64,000 bases of DNA from Octopus vulgaris (lineage: Eukaryota), in the NCBI GenBank assembly GCA_951406725.2, contig OX597822.1, forward strand, positions 620,001 to 684,000, read 5' to 3'. This document shows, in pieces, positions 1-11,232 of the stretch (positions are counted from its first letter, which is position 1; the number at the start of each line of letters is the position of its first letter). The position numbers were made by a program, and so were the translations under genes. The notes beneath the pieces were generated by a model that ran no database searches, had not been told where the DNA came from, and saw only the letters and a list, made by a program, of their open reading frames with translations.

Positions 1-180
1 ATTTCATTTATTTTTTGTTTGTTCTTTTCTTCCCTTTTACGATCCCTCTTGATCGAAAACCTACGCCCCCCCTTTTTTCTTGTTTCTTTTGTTTTTTGTT
101 TTTTTCATCCCCCAAAAGAAAAGCTCTACATTGTAACTTGTCCCATCTGTGTGCAGCCCTGTGTTTCCAATAAAGAAACT
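1..180 (+). mobile_element. 3' UTR end of a Tx1/L1-clade LINE (same family as 42511-43616), cut by the window edge
   Basis: T-rich UTR followed by GAAAAGCTCTACATTGTAACTTGTCCCATCTGTGTGCAGCCCTGTGTTTCCAATAAAGAAACT, nearly identical to 43555-43616, running directly into (TATC)n. Confidence 0.85.
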
Positions 181-186
181 TATCTA

Positions 187-274
<88 letters not shown>

Positions 275-279
275 CCTAC

Positions 280-337
<58 letters not shown>

Positions 338-360
338 GCCTGTCTGTCTGTCTGTCTGCA
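181..360. repeat. (TATC)n/(TGTC)n microsatellite
   Basis: Directly visible tetranucleotide array. Confidence 0.97.
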
Positions 361-570
361 CAAACAAGCAATACACATGCACACACATGAAGACATCTGA
401 GTGAATAAACGACACTCGACATGATTGGAGTTACATGTATTTAATAACAGTTTGACTCAACTCCACATTACTTAAAGTTTCGTGGGAAGCAGACAGTCAA
501 CCTAACCAGATCTTTAGAAACGACTGCGAAACATTTATATAAAGCTGACTCGAACTGTATAAAACACACG

Positions 571-640
<70 letters not shown>

Positions 641-689
641 TACACACACACATACACACACACACATTCTTTTATATTCTTAATTTATT

Positions 690-1060
690 CTTTTATTTGT
701 TTCAGTCCTTTGACTGCGGTCATGCTGGGGCACAGCCTTTAGTCGAAGAATTGGACCCCAAGACTTATTCTTTGTAAGCCTAGTACTTATTCTATCGATC
801 TCTTATTCTATCGGTAAAAACCGAACCACTAGGTGACGGGGACATAAGCACACCAGCATCCGTTGTCAAGTAATGGTGGAGGACAAGCACAGACACTCAA
901 ACACACATGTATATATACGTCTGACGTCTATCAAATCCACTCACAAGGCTTTGGTCGGCCCGAGGCTATAGTAGAAGACACTTGCCCAAGGTGTCACGCA
1001 TTGAGACTGAACCTGGAACCATGTGGTTGGGAAGCAAGCTTCTTACCACACAATCACGCC
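690..1060 (-). mobile_element. tRNA-derived SINE, family A (head GGCGTG..TGTGTGGTAAGAAGCTTGC)
   Basis: Reverse complement shows the head with B-box-like GGTTCAGTC, the body CCTTGGGCAAGTGTCTTCTACTATAGCC and the tail CCAGCATGACCGCAGTCAAAGGACTGAAACA; many copies in the window. Confidence 0.85.
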
Positions 1061-1067
1061 TACTCCT

Positions 1068-2835
1068 GGTGTGGCGCGCGGACCTCTATAGGGCCAAGGC
1101 TTTCCGCCAACTCAATGACACCTCCTTCTACTCCCCTCTGCCCTCTAACCCCACACGTAGCTACCAACAGACGGTATCCTCTACTGTCCGCGACCTCATC
1201 TCGTTCTCCCGTCTCCCCCACACCGCATCCAACCTAATTGTGCGAACCCCATGTACCCCCACCATTTACTTCCTCCCCAAAATCCACAAACCCAACAACC
1301 CTGGCCGCCCCATCGTCTCCGCCTGTAACTGCCCCACGGAGCTCATCTCTAAATACCTCGACCGTGTCCTTGCCCCCCTAGTGGCATCTCTTCCCTCCCA
1401 CATCCACGATACCAACCATGCTCTCCGGCTTTTCAACTCTTTCTCCTTTCCTCCCGGCTCCTCCAAAATCCTTTTTACTATGGACATCCAAAGCCTCTAT
1501 ACTGTTATCCCTCACCACGAAGGACTGCAGGCCCTTCGACACTTTCTTGACCTCCGCTCCAACCCTGTACCTGACACCTCCACACTCATTCGTCTGGCCG
1601 AACTTGTCCTTACTCTGAACTGCTTCTCGTTCGCGGGCGAGTTCTACCATCAGGTCTCGGGAGTGGCCATGGGAACGCGAATGGGCCCCAACTATGCGAA
1701 CCTGTTCGTTGGCTATGTTGAGGCCCAAATATTCTCTAATTTCACTGGTCCCACTCCTGAACTATATGGTCGTTACATTGACGACATTATCGGTGCCACC
1801 GCACTCTCCCGTGAACATCTAGATTCCTTCCTCTCTTTCGTCCAATCTTTCCATCCAGCCCTCCACTTCACTTCCACTATCTCCAACACCTCTGTCTCCT
1901 ACCTCGACATTTCGGTTAGCATTCTTCACTCCACTCTTACCACCTCCATTCACTACAAACACACAGACTCACACTCATACCTCAACTTCTCTTCCTCCCA
2001 CCCAGAACACACCAAGCTTTCCATCCCCTATTCCCAATTCCTCCGTCTATGTAGGCTCTGTAGTGACGACCATGACTTTGAGACTCAGTCTCAACGTATG
2101 GCTCACCACTTCACCCTACGTGGATACCCCCTCACCACTATCCACACCGCCCTTGCCAGAGCACGGTCCGTGGACCGTATATCTGCTCTCTCTCCCCGAA
2201 CCCGCCCTGTAGTCTCCCGCCTCCCTTTTCCCCTCACTTACCACCCCACGACCCTACGTCTCCAACGCACCATTCTTCGAGCTTTCCGTCATCTCCAGTC
2301 CGACCCGTCCACTTCACACCTCTTCCCTAACCGACCCCTCCCCTCTTTCAAAACGAGCCCACAACATTCGAGACCTTTTGGTCAATAGCTCCTTCCCTGA
2401 CCCTACCTCCCAACCCGGATCGTTCCCCTGCTCCCTCCCACGTTGCCGCACTTGCCCTTACCTCTCCAACACCACCCTCCTCACTAGCACCCACCATCGA
2501 CCCTATCCCATCATCCACTCCTTCACCTGTACCTCCAGCAATATTATCTATTGCGTCTCTTGCTCTCTCTGCCATTCCTTGTACATCGGACAAACGGGAC
2601 GCCGCTTGGCTGACCGGTTCGCGGAACACCTTCGTGACATCCACCTTGCGAACGACACACCGGTCTCACGCCATTTCCGCTCCACCGGTCACTCCTTGCA
2701 ACACCTATCTGTATTCGGTTTGTCCTTACACAGAGGCCATCCGGAGTCCCGTTTGCGCCGTGAACAGGAATTAATCTTCTCTCTTCGCTCTTATACGCCA
2801 TTTGGTCTCAACTCTCCCCCCTCCTCATCTAACCC
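1068..2835 (+). pseudogene. PLE RT + GIY-YIG endonuclease ORF, 5'-truncated, with a +1 frameshift near 2350
   Basis: ORFs 982-2388 and 2378-3109 join if one A is removed from AAAA at 2350-2353; copy 2 has AAA here and reads FKRAHN. Confidence 0.9.
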
Positions 2836-3134
2836 CCCTCTCCCCCTCCTCACCTATCCTTCCCCCGACCCCTACTTCTTCAGTCCTTCATCCTTTCACC
2901 CCTACTCCCCTTCCCTTCTTCCCTCTTTCTCCCTCCCTCCTTCCCTCTTCCCCTTCCCTCTGCTCCCTCACTCCCTCTCTCCCCCTCTCCCTCTTTCCTC
3001 TCTCTTCCTCCCTCTCTCCTCCTCCCCTCCTCCTCCCCTCCCTTCTCCCCATCTCCCCCCTCCCCTCCCCTCCCCCTCTTCTGTCTCCACACTACACCAC
3101 ACGACTTAACACATCACATCATATATGATGTGCC

Positions 3135-3482
3135 ATACTAATACATACACCAACTAATACATACTAATACGTACTAATACATACTAATACATACTAATAC
3201 ATACACCAACCCTATACATACACACGTCCAGACCTCTCATACGCACTTATACTCTCTCATACACACACACACACACACTTATACATACTAATACGTACTA
3301 ATACATACTAATACATACTAATACATACACCAACCCTATACCTACACACGTCCAGACCTCTCATACGCACTAATACTCTCTCATACACACACACACACAC
3401 ACACCCTTATACATACTAATACATACTAATACATACACCAACCCTATACATACACACGTCCAGACCTCTCATACGCACTAAT
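3135..3482. repeat. Tandem repeat of ~120 bp (about 3 units) in the PLE 3' region
   Basis: ACACCAACCCTATAC(A/C)TACACACGTCCAGACCTCTCATACGCAC occurs three times, separated by (TACTAATACA)n and (CA)n. Confidence 0.9.
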
Positions 3483-3652
3483 AGCTGGTCATTCAACCCT
3501 ATTATCAACCCTATTATCTCCCCTTATTTCGCTCTCGCGTCTCATGTTTGATCTTTGACCTCTGGCCGAAATCAGATCGCCATGTTGATTCGTTAGTTAC
3601 TGCACGCATTTTTTTTCTCTCCTTCCTTCTGTGTTTTTTTTCTCTCTGTGTA

Positions 3653-3691
3653 TCTTTCTGTTGAAGAGCGTAGGCTCGAAACGTTAAAGAC
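3653..3691 (+). ncRNA. Minimal hammerhead-ribozyme-like motif (variant core CUGUUGA)
   Basis: TCTTT-CTGTTGA-A-GAGC-GTAG-GCTC-GAAACGTT-AAAGA: stem I TCTTT/AAAGA, stem II GAGC/GCTC, palindromic AACGTT stem III; position typical of PLE termini. Confidence 0.7.
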
Positions 3692-3815
3692 TTGTTTTAT
3701 TTATATTTCCTGAGCGCCATACTAATACAATTGTTTGTTTGTTTCCCACCTGCCTTCGTCTTTTGTCTATTTTCATAAAGCTTCCCGTTATATATATATA
3801 TATATATATACGCAC

Positions 3816-4009
3816 CAGGGGCGTATATTCCAGGTGTGCCAGGTGTGCGCTGCTCACCCATCGAAAATGGCAAATTCATTATAAATATTTAAGTTACTCC
3901 ATTAATTTAATCCCAAATCTTAATGTAAAAGATTTGTTATAACCCTGCTTGAAATTTGGCAGTATTCGGTGTGCTACCACACCCAGTGCAACGACCACCA
4001 CACGACATT
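3816..4009. mobile_element. Possible degenerate MITE (hAT-like CAGGGGCGTA start)
   Basis: GC-rich ends with loose inverted similarity (GGTGTGC..CACC motifs) around an AT-rich core. Confidence 0.35.
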
Positions 4010-4027
4010 GATATATTAACATATATA

Positions 4028-4885
4028 TAAGTTTGTCAAGAAAGTTCTTGCGGTTTTTAATCTTTAAATTCAGACGCACATATCTCGGCTCAAACTAAAC
4101 TTTATTAATCGAAATAAATACCATCAGAATCAACACACTTTTGCCAACACGAATCAAGTTTAGTTATGCCAGTAGCATAAAAATCCTGTGTTCTGGTGGA
4201 GATGAAGGCGTTGAGGGCGTGTTTGGCATCGTCTTGATTTTGAAGCATTTCTCACGCAGGAAATTGTCGAGATGCTTGAAAAAGTGGTAGTCGGTGGGCG
4301 AGAGGTCTGGTGAGTATGGCGGATGAGGCAGAGTTTCGTAGCCCAATTCGTTCACCTTCTACAGGGTCGTGGAGAAGAATTGGTCCTTTTCTATTGACCT
4401 GGCTGTTGTCGGAATTTCTTATGCATTTCATCCATTCGCTGACAATACTTCTCCGCTGTAATAGTTTCGCCTGGATCCAAAATGCTGTGATGGATGAGAC
4501 CGGCTGCGGACCACCAAACAGTCACCATGACCTTCTTTTGGCGTAACTTTGGCTTCGGGAAATGCCGTGTGTCCAACCACTGAGCTGAGCATCACCGGTT
4601 GTTGTAAAGAATCTACTTTTCATCGCAAGTCGCAATCCGGTCGAGAAACGGGTGGTCCTTGTTGCATAAAAGCAGAGAAGACGACACTTCAAAACGGCGT
4701 TTTTTTTGTTGTCGTTTAATTCGTGCGACACCCATTTCTCAAGTATTTTTGTCTTTTCAATCTCTTTCAAGTGGTTGGAAAATAAGTTACGTCTAATTCT
4801 GAAGCAAGCTCTCGAACAGTTGTGCGTGGATTGGCTTAGACTAAGGCTCTTAGTTGATCGTTGTTTGGGGAAAAACACATGGCAC
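4028..4885 (-). mobile_element. Mariner transposon remnant, Hsmar1/cecropia-like, with one TIR
   Basis: WVSHEL, KKVMVTVWWSAAGLIH, HPPYSPDLSPTDYHFFKHLDNFL and C-terminal FYATGITKLDSCWQKCVDSDGIYFD*; TIR TAAGTTTGTCAAGAAAGTTCTTGCGGTTTT at 4028-4057 next to TA; several frameshifts. Confidence 0.92.
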
Positions 4886-4949
4886 AAACGTATACAGACA
4901 TATACATACATACATACATACATACATACACACTTATACACATACACAT

Positions 4950-5070
4950 ATACGAGGGGATTCTTTCAGTTTCCGTCTACCAAATCACGAGGCTATAATA
5001 GAAGACATTTGCGAAGGTGCCTGGAACCATGTAGTTGGTAAGCGAGCTACTTACTACACAGCCACTCCTG
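4950..5070 (-). mobile_element. SINE family A, internally deleted fragment
   Basis: TTCTTTCAGTTTCCGTCTACCAAATC and GGAACCATGTAGTTGG..TTACTACACAGCCAC match family A. Confidence 0.7.
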
Positions 5071-5104
5071 CTGTATATACATAAAGTGCCACCTTGACGA
5101 AAAG

Positions 5105-5560
5105 ATGTAAAATTTGGTAGAAGCGCGGGAAGAGATTGAAAGTCTTCGTTTCTATTGTTGCAGTTACTTGTATTAGAGCGTCACTGTCGTGCGTTTTTTC
5201 TTCCATTCTGCCGAGGTCAACCTCATATTTTCGGGGTCGATAAAATAAATTGCCAGTCCAGCATTAGGGTTAATATAAACAACTTCCATCTCCCTTCAAA
5301 ATTACTGCCCCTTTGCAAAAATTTTGAAAGAATTATTATTAAGGCGGCAAGTTGGTAGAATCATTTACGCGTCGAGTAAAGATAAGTTGCGGTATTTCAC
5401 CGGCGCTTTACGTTCTAAGTTCAAATCACGCCGAGGTCAACTTTGTCTTTCATCTCGGAATCGATAAAGTAAAGTACGAGCCTAGCACTGGGATCGATGC
5501 AATCGATCACCCACTCACCTAGTTGCTAGTTTGTGCCAAAATTTGAAACAATTATTATTA
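5105..5560 (+). mobile_element. Two tandem SINE family D copies (head GGCGGC.AG.TGG.AGAA)
   Basis: Both contain GCCGAGGTCAAC..TCAT..TCGG..TCGATAAA and tails ending TTTGAAA..ATTATTATT. Confidence 0.75.
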
Positions 5561-5884
5561 TTATTAATAATATTTCTGTTAGTTCCCGGTAATGATCTTG
5601 TGTTCGGTTTAATTATGCCTTCTACCGAAAGACAGTATCTCTTTTCGAATGTGTACCTTCCGCATAAAATTGTTTTCTTCTCTGCATCTCGGGTTTTATA
5701 TCGTTTTGAGGACATTCTTGATAATTCTCGCTGAACCCAGCAAACATGTTTTCTGCACCGACACCAGAATTATATTCAGGTCCTTCAAAGTTTGTTCGCA
5801 ATTCTTTATTGATCGCTGTTTCGAAGACCCCAATAATAAATAATTGGTTGTATCATTACCTTGTTAACTTCTCTGTTCCATTTC

Positions 5885-5898
5885 TAATAATATTGATG

Positions 5899-5973
<75 letters not shown>

Positions 5974-5988
5974 TTAATAATAATAATA

Positions 5989-6029
<41 letters not shown>

Positions 6030-6090
6030 AATGATAACAACAACAACAACAACAACAATAATAATAATAATTGTTGTTGTTGTTGTTATA
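5885..6090. repeat. Compound (AAT)n(GAT)n(AAC)n(AAT)n(TTG)n microsatellite
   Basis: Directly visible. Confidence 0.95.
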
Positions 6091-7004
6091 CTATATGTAT
6101 GCCTGACTATATATCTATACATGTGCGTATGTTTGTGTAGACATAATGTATCTAAATAAATGCACCTTAAGCGCGCTGAGCATGTCTTCGATTAGAAGAG
6201 GGAGACCGACCTCCATGATGAATAAATAGATAGTAGAGATGGGGTGGAGAAGGCGGTAGGCAGTGGATTGTCGAAATATTATCATCTGACGTTTCACTTG
6301 CGAATAGGAAATAAAAATGACAAGAGAATAGAAAAGAATCTGAAATACGTGAATAGGACGAAGTCGAAATAGAGGCTAGGGAAGAGATTTTAATGGAAGT
6401 GTGATAAACAACAAAAAGATAAAACTAAAAATAAAACTAGCAGAAATCGAAAGTGAAAGTAAAAATAAGAAAACGGAAAACAAGATCCCAGCGAAAGGCT
6501 GTAAGGTTGTAAATGGCGGACGCCTCTATGGCGTATATTACTTGGTTTTAGTCGACATATGCTCCATCAGTGGCCATTCATTCAACTTGCGTCTTAAATA
6601 CCTTCTCGTTTTGTTATTTACTGCGTTTCGGGAAAGTGATTTGGACTAGGCTTATTGTAAAAGACATTAAACTATGACAAGCTGTCAAAAAACTTATAAT
6701 AATTTTGTTTACAGTTGCAGCCAACGTAATAATTTAATTATCAGCGACAGCAACTGAAATCAAGCCGTCAGAAAATAAAGTATATAAAATATACGAGGCT
6801 ACGGTCGTAAAATATCAAATTTTCTCTTTTCGTTTTGTATTATTTCTTTGTGTGTTTGTAAATATATTTGTATATTTGAATCTCCTTCTCTCCCTCTCTC
6901 TCTCTTTCTTTCTCTGCTAGACCTTTATTTCTCTATTTTCCCTATTCCTGCGTTCCTCTTCGCTTTTGGTAATACGTCTTAACGGAAGGAGCGAGCGTGT
7001 GAGT

Positions 7005-7051
<47 letters not shown>

Positions 7052-7253
7052 GGGAGATGAGGAAAGAAAAGGACGGGTGAGAGACGGGAGCGGGAGAGAA
7101 GACAGTGAGGCAGACAAACAGAAAGAGACTGGCAGTGAACCAGTCACGAATACATAGAGGAATAATATGTCGGCTACCAACAGAAATAGGTTGGATAAGC
7201 AGGCATATGGATAGATACATAGACAGATACATCGATACATGCATAAACATACG

Positions 7254-7305
<52 letters not shown>

Positions 7306-8659
7306 AATATATATATATATACGCATGCATGCATTCATATATGTATGCGGAGAGAGAGTGAGAGAAAGAAAGAGAAAGTGGGAGAGAGGAAGGATAAATA
7401 GCTTGGTACACACTCACACAATTGGTTTGTCTTACCTCTCACGGTACACCTGTCTCTTCCTCTGCCTATGTAAGAGCAGACACGTACACAGTAACTCACA
7501 GAGACACACACATGTATATATGTATATACACATATACACACGTTATACCGTTATACACATAAACGTGTGAGTACATCTGTATATACATATATATACACAT
7601 ATACACGCACACGCATATATATATATATATATATATATATAAGCATATGTATGTATTTGTTATAGTTGTATGCATTAAAATATGTATATATGCATATATC
7701 TATATCTACATCTATCTACCTATTTATGTATCTATCTATATGTATGCACGGATGTATATATGTATTACCTTTTATCTTTTACTTGTTCCAGTCATTAGTC
7801 GGCGGCCATGCTGGGGTCCTGCGTGTATATGTACAAATATTTATGATAAGCAGATGTAGCTTATATCCATGTTTGTTGCACGGAATTGAAACAATACGGA
7901 AAATTGAAACGAAACAATAAAGCAGCAAAAAAAAATTCGAAGAAAAACAAAATGAAAAATAATTATGTAAAGTAAAAAAATAAAAAGTAACAATACGGCA
8001 AATAAAAGAAATATTAAAACAAACAATAGCAACAACAACAGCAACAAAAAAAAGCTACAACAAAAGACAAAATCTGACGGAACATTCGTCCAAAATAATA
8101 ACTACGACAGTCGTAAAACAATCTGGCGGACATTTTGTTTTTACAATTTTTCGATCGTTTTTTTGAACTCTGCATTGATTCTTAATTAGATGATGTTTTA
8201 AATATATTAGTTTTGATTTCTAAATTAAGAGCTATTATCTCTAACCCTCACCTTACTTATTTATTCATCTTCTTCGTCATGTACTTGAAATGTTTGTTTT
8301 CCGTTTTTCTTTTTCTTTTTCTTCCTTTCTCTGCGAAGGATATTTGCACAGCACCGTCATATAACGCCTTGATATCTCGCTGGAAGGTAATTAGATGATG
8401 CAGATCTTTATTATTTCACGGTATGGTAATTACTTGTGCTTCAGATGGCAAACACCAGCGGATTAAAAGGTCTTTACCCGTTAATTAAGAATTCAACATT
8501 CATTAATAAATTGTAGATCCAACATCATCATATATCTATGATCAACCTTAATTGACTTTTTCCCGCCTGTTAAACCTTATTTGGAGAGTTTTTTTTATAT
8601 ATTTGTATAAAATTTTGTTGATTTTATGTCATGTCTTCCTTTATATCATCAACTTGGAG

Positions 8660-9790
8660 AAAGGAGTGGTGCGTATGCGTGTGCGCGCGCGAGATTGTGT
8701 GAGTATGTGCAGGTGGATATTAGTGTATGTGAATGTGCGCACTAGCCTTGTTGAAGGAATCGGTGCATGTGAGCGTGTGTATATTTGTGTGTGTGTGTGT
8801 GTGTGTGTGTGTACATGTGAGCATGCATGTAGTGTGTGTGTATTGTTGTGTGAATGTATGTTTGTGCGTGTGTTGTCGAGCCACTGTGTATTTGAGTGTG
8901 TGCGAGCATATGGGTGTATGCGTGTGTGAACGTGTGTTAATTGTTGTATGAATGTACGTAGTGTTGTGTTGATGTGTGTGTGTAAGAGGCTATGTGCGTG
9001 TATGTGTGTGTGTGTGTGTGTGTGCAGGTATTTGTTGTTGAGCTGTGTGTGCCTATAAAAACGTGTGTATTATTGCGTGTGCGCGCGTGCAAATGTATGC
9101 GTGTGTGTGTATTCCTGTGAGAACGTGTGTGTGAGTATGAGTTTGTATGAGTATGCTTGACTGTGCGTGTGTGTGTGTGCATGTGTGTATATTGATGCAT
9201 CAGTATGTGCTTGTTTATGTGTGTATAAGTGTGTGTGCATGTGCACATTTCTTGTGTGAGTGCATGTGTATCGTTACATCCATATCTTTGTGTGTGTGTT
9301 TGCATGTGTGTGTCCGCGTGCGTAACTGTGCACATGGGAGTGCATATGTGTGTGTAAGTATGCATGGGAGTGAGTACGTGTATTATGTAAGTATATATAT
9401 GTAATAGAGTGGAAGTATGTGTATGTGCCGGCGTGTGCATATTTGTGTGTGTTTGTATCAGTGTGCACGTGGGAATGTGTGCGTAAGTGTGTGGGTGAAA
9501 GCCCATGTGTATTTGAATGTGTACACGCTTATGTATATATCACTATAGTTATATGTGCGAGTGTGCGTGAGCGTGTATATGTGTGAATGTGTGTATATGA
9601 ATGCCAGTGTGTATGTGTGTGAATATGTGTATATGAATGCTAGTGTGCGAATATGAGAGTGTGTATGGTTACCTGAGTGTGTACGATTATCTGTACGAGT
9701 GTGAGTATATCGGAATGTACGCGTGTTCTTGTAAATATGTATGTGTGTGCGTACATTTATCCGTGAGGATATACATGCGTGTCTATGGTT
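8660..9790. repeat. Degenerate TG-rich low-complexity tract
   Basis: About 1.1 kb of imperfect (TG)n/(TGTA)n. Confidence 0.9.
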
Positions 9791-9794
9791 GTGA

Positions 9795-10110
9795 AGGTGC
9801 GTGGCTTAGTGGTTAGAGTATTTGGCTTATAATCGTATGGTCTTGCGTTCGATTCCTGCCGGCATGTTGTGTCTGAGCACGATACTTTATTTCACGTTGC
9901 CCCAGTCCACTCAGCTGGCAAACATGAGTAGTACCTGTATTTCAAAAGGCTAGCCTTGTCAAACTCTGTGGTACTCTGAATCTCCTTGAGAACAACGTGT
10001 CTGTGAAGTGCTTAGCCACTTACACATTAATTTCACAAGCTGGCTGTTCCGTGGATCATCTCAACTGGGACCCTTCTTGAGTGATCCTAGCTGACCGAGT
10101 GCCAGCTGGC
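9795..10110 (+). mobile_element. tRNA-derived SINE, family C (head GGTGCGTGGCTTAGTGGTTAG)
   Basis: A box TGGCTTAGTGG, B box GTTCGATTCC, body CAGTCCACTCAGCTGGCAAA; related copies at 11015-11232 and 48875-49205. Confidence 0.8.
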
Positions 10111-10224
10111 TATGTCTGCAGGTGTAAGAATGTGCATCTATCAGAGTTACTGTCTATGCGTGCGCGTCTGTTGGAGAGTGTGTATGTGTGAGTGTGTATG
10201 CGCGTCTGTATGAGAGTGTGTATT

Positions 10225-10370
10225 TCAGTCATTGGACTGCAACCACGCCGAAGCACCGCCTTGAAGGGTTTAGTTGAGCAAATCGACTCCCTACATCCCA
10301 CGCAACGGGACTAAAACCCAAAACCACGTGATTGCAAAGTAAGCGTCTTAACCACACTGCCATGCCTGCG
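10225..10370 (-). mobile_element. SINE family A, internally deleted
   Basis: Head (TTAACCACACTGCCATGCC on + strand) juxtaposed with tail (TTTCAGTCATTGGACTGC). Confidence 0.65.
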
Positions 10371-11014
10371 CTTATACTGAGATTCATAGAATGGGTTATG
10401 CGATTTCTGCACAAATTTGTTATTAGAGTTATAAATCTGTCTGTACTAAGGAAGAATATAGGAAGCAGAATGAAATCAAACTGAAATATGAGATGATACT
10501 TCAAACTATTATAAATCTTTCTTTAGTTTATGTCCTCTGAACTGAGCAGGTTCGGATTAAATCTTTCGTTATTTCATAATTTTCATTGTCACAGGTTTAT
10601 GTAGGCGGTAACAGTGATCTGAAAGGTCACCGTCGTTAATGTTGAACGCGTATCTGTACATGTATGTGCAGGCCGGGGCAAGAGATTAAAAGAAAAATCT
10701 GGCAGTTATGCATCCACGCAACGCCACCCAAAAGAAAGTCCACCGACGTGGGCTGATACTTTTTGGTACTTGTGTCGTAGCGAGAATTCTCGCCAGAACA
10801 TAAAGAGCCGGAAGAGGAATTGCAAGACATATTGTTCGATACTCTTAGAATTCCACTAATCCACCATCTTGGATTAATATTTTTTTTATTGGTTCTGGTA
10901 TTTGAATTCAGATTGCAAAGAATTGGAACAAGTACCACAAGCTATTCTATCCAGCATTCTAACGACTCTGACAATTCTCCTCTTTTGGTTCGTCTTATGA
11001 CTCCGCAAGGAACT

Positions 11015-11232
11015 TAGGCCTGGTTGCCCGGTTTCTCTGGCTTTATAAATTCCTCTCTGGACGGGACGCCGGTCCATCGCAGGATTATTCATTTTCACCA
11101 GCTGAATGGACTGGAGCAACATGAAATAAAGTGTTTTGCCCAAGAGCACAACGCATCGCCCGGTCCAGGAATCGAAACCACAATCTTACGATCATGAGTC
11201 TAACATCCTAACTACTAAAATAGGCGCATCCA
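11015..11232 (-). mobile_element. SINE family C head with V-domain-like segment
   Basis: Reverse complement: TAGTAGTTAG..GGTTTCGATTCCTGGACCGGGCG..CCTGCGATGGACCGGCGTCCCGTCCAG. Confidence 0.75.

Larger units (their letters stand above)
1068..3790 (+). mobile_element. 5'-truncated Penelope-like retroelement (Neptune-type), copy 1
   Basis: RT motifs (YFLPKIHK, PGRPIVS, MDIQSLYT, GVAMG, RYIDD), Cys-rich linker (CSLPRCRTC), GIY-YIG (NIIYC..LYIGQT..RF.EH), pyrimidine-rich 3' region, terminal hammerhead-like motif, ends in (TA)n. Confidence 0.93.

Noticed and set aside
982-1067. N-terminus of the 468-aa ORF ([16 protein letters not shown]...)
   Set aside because: It is antisense SINE sequence that happens to be in frame with the truncated PLE RT and starts at TTG; not a real start.
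10560-11010. Possible host exon after a splice-acceptor-like TTTTCATTGTCACAG
   Set aside because: No recognisable domain and no convincing donor; could be an old TE remnant.
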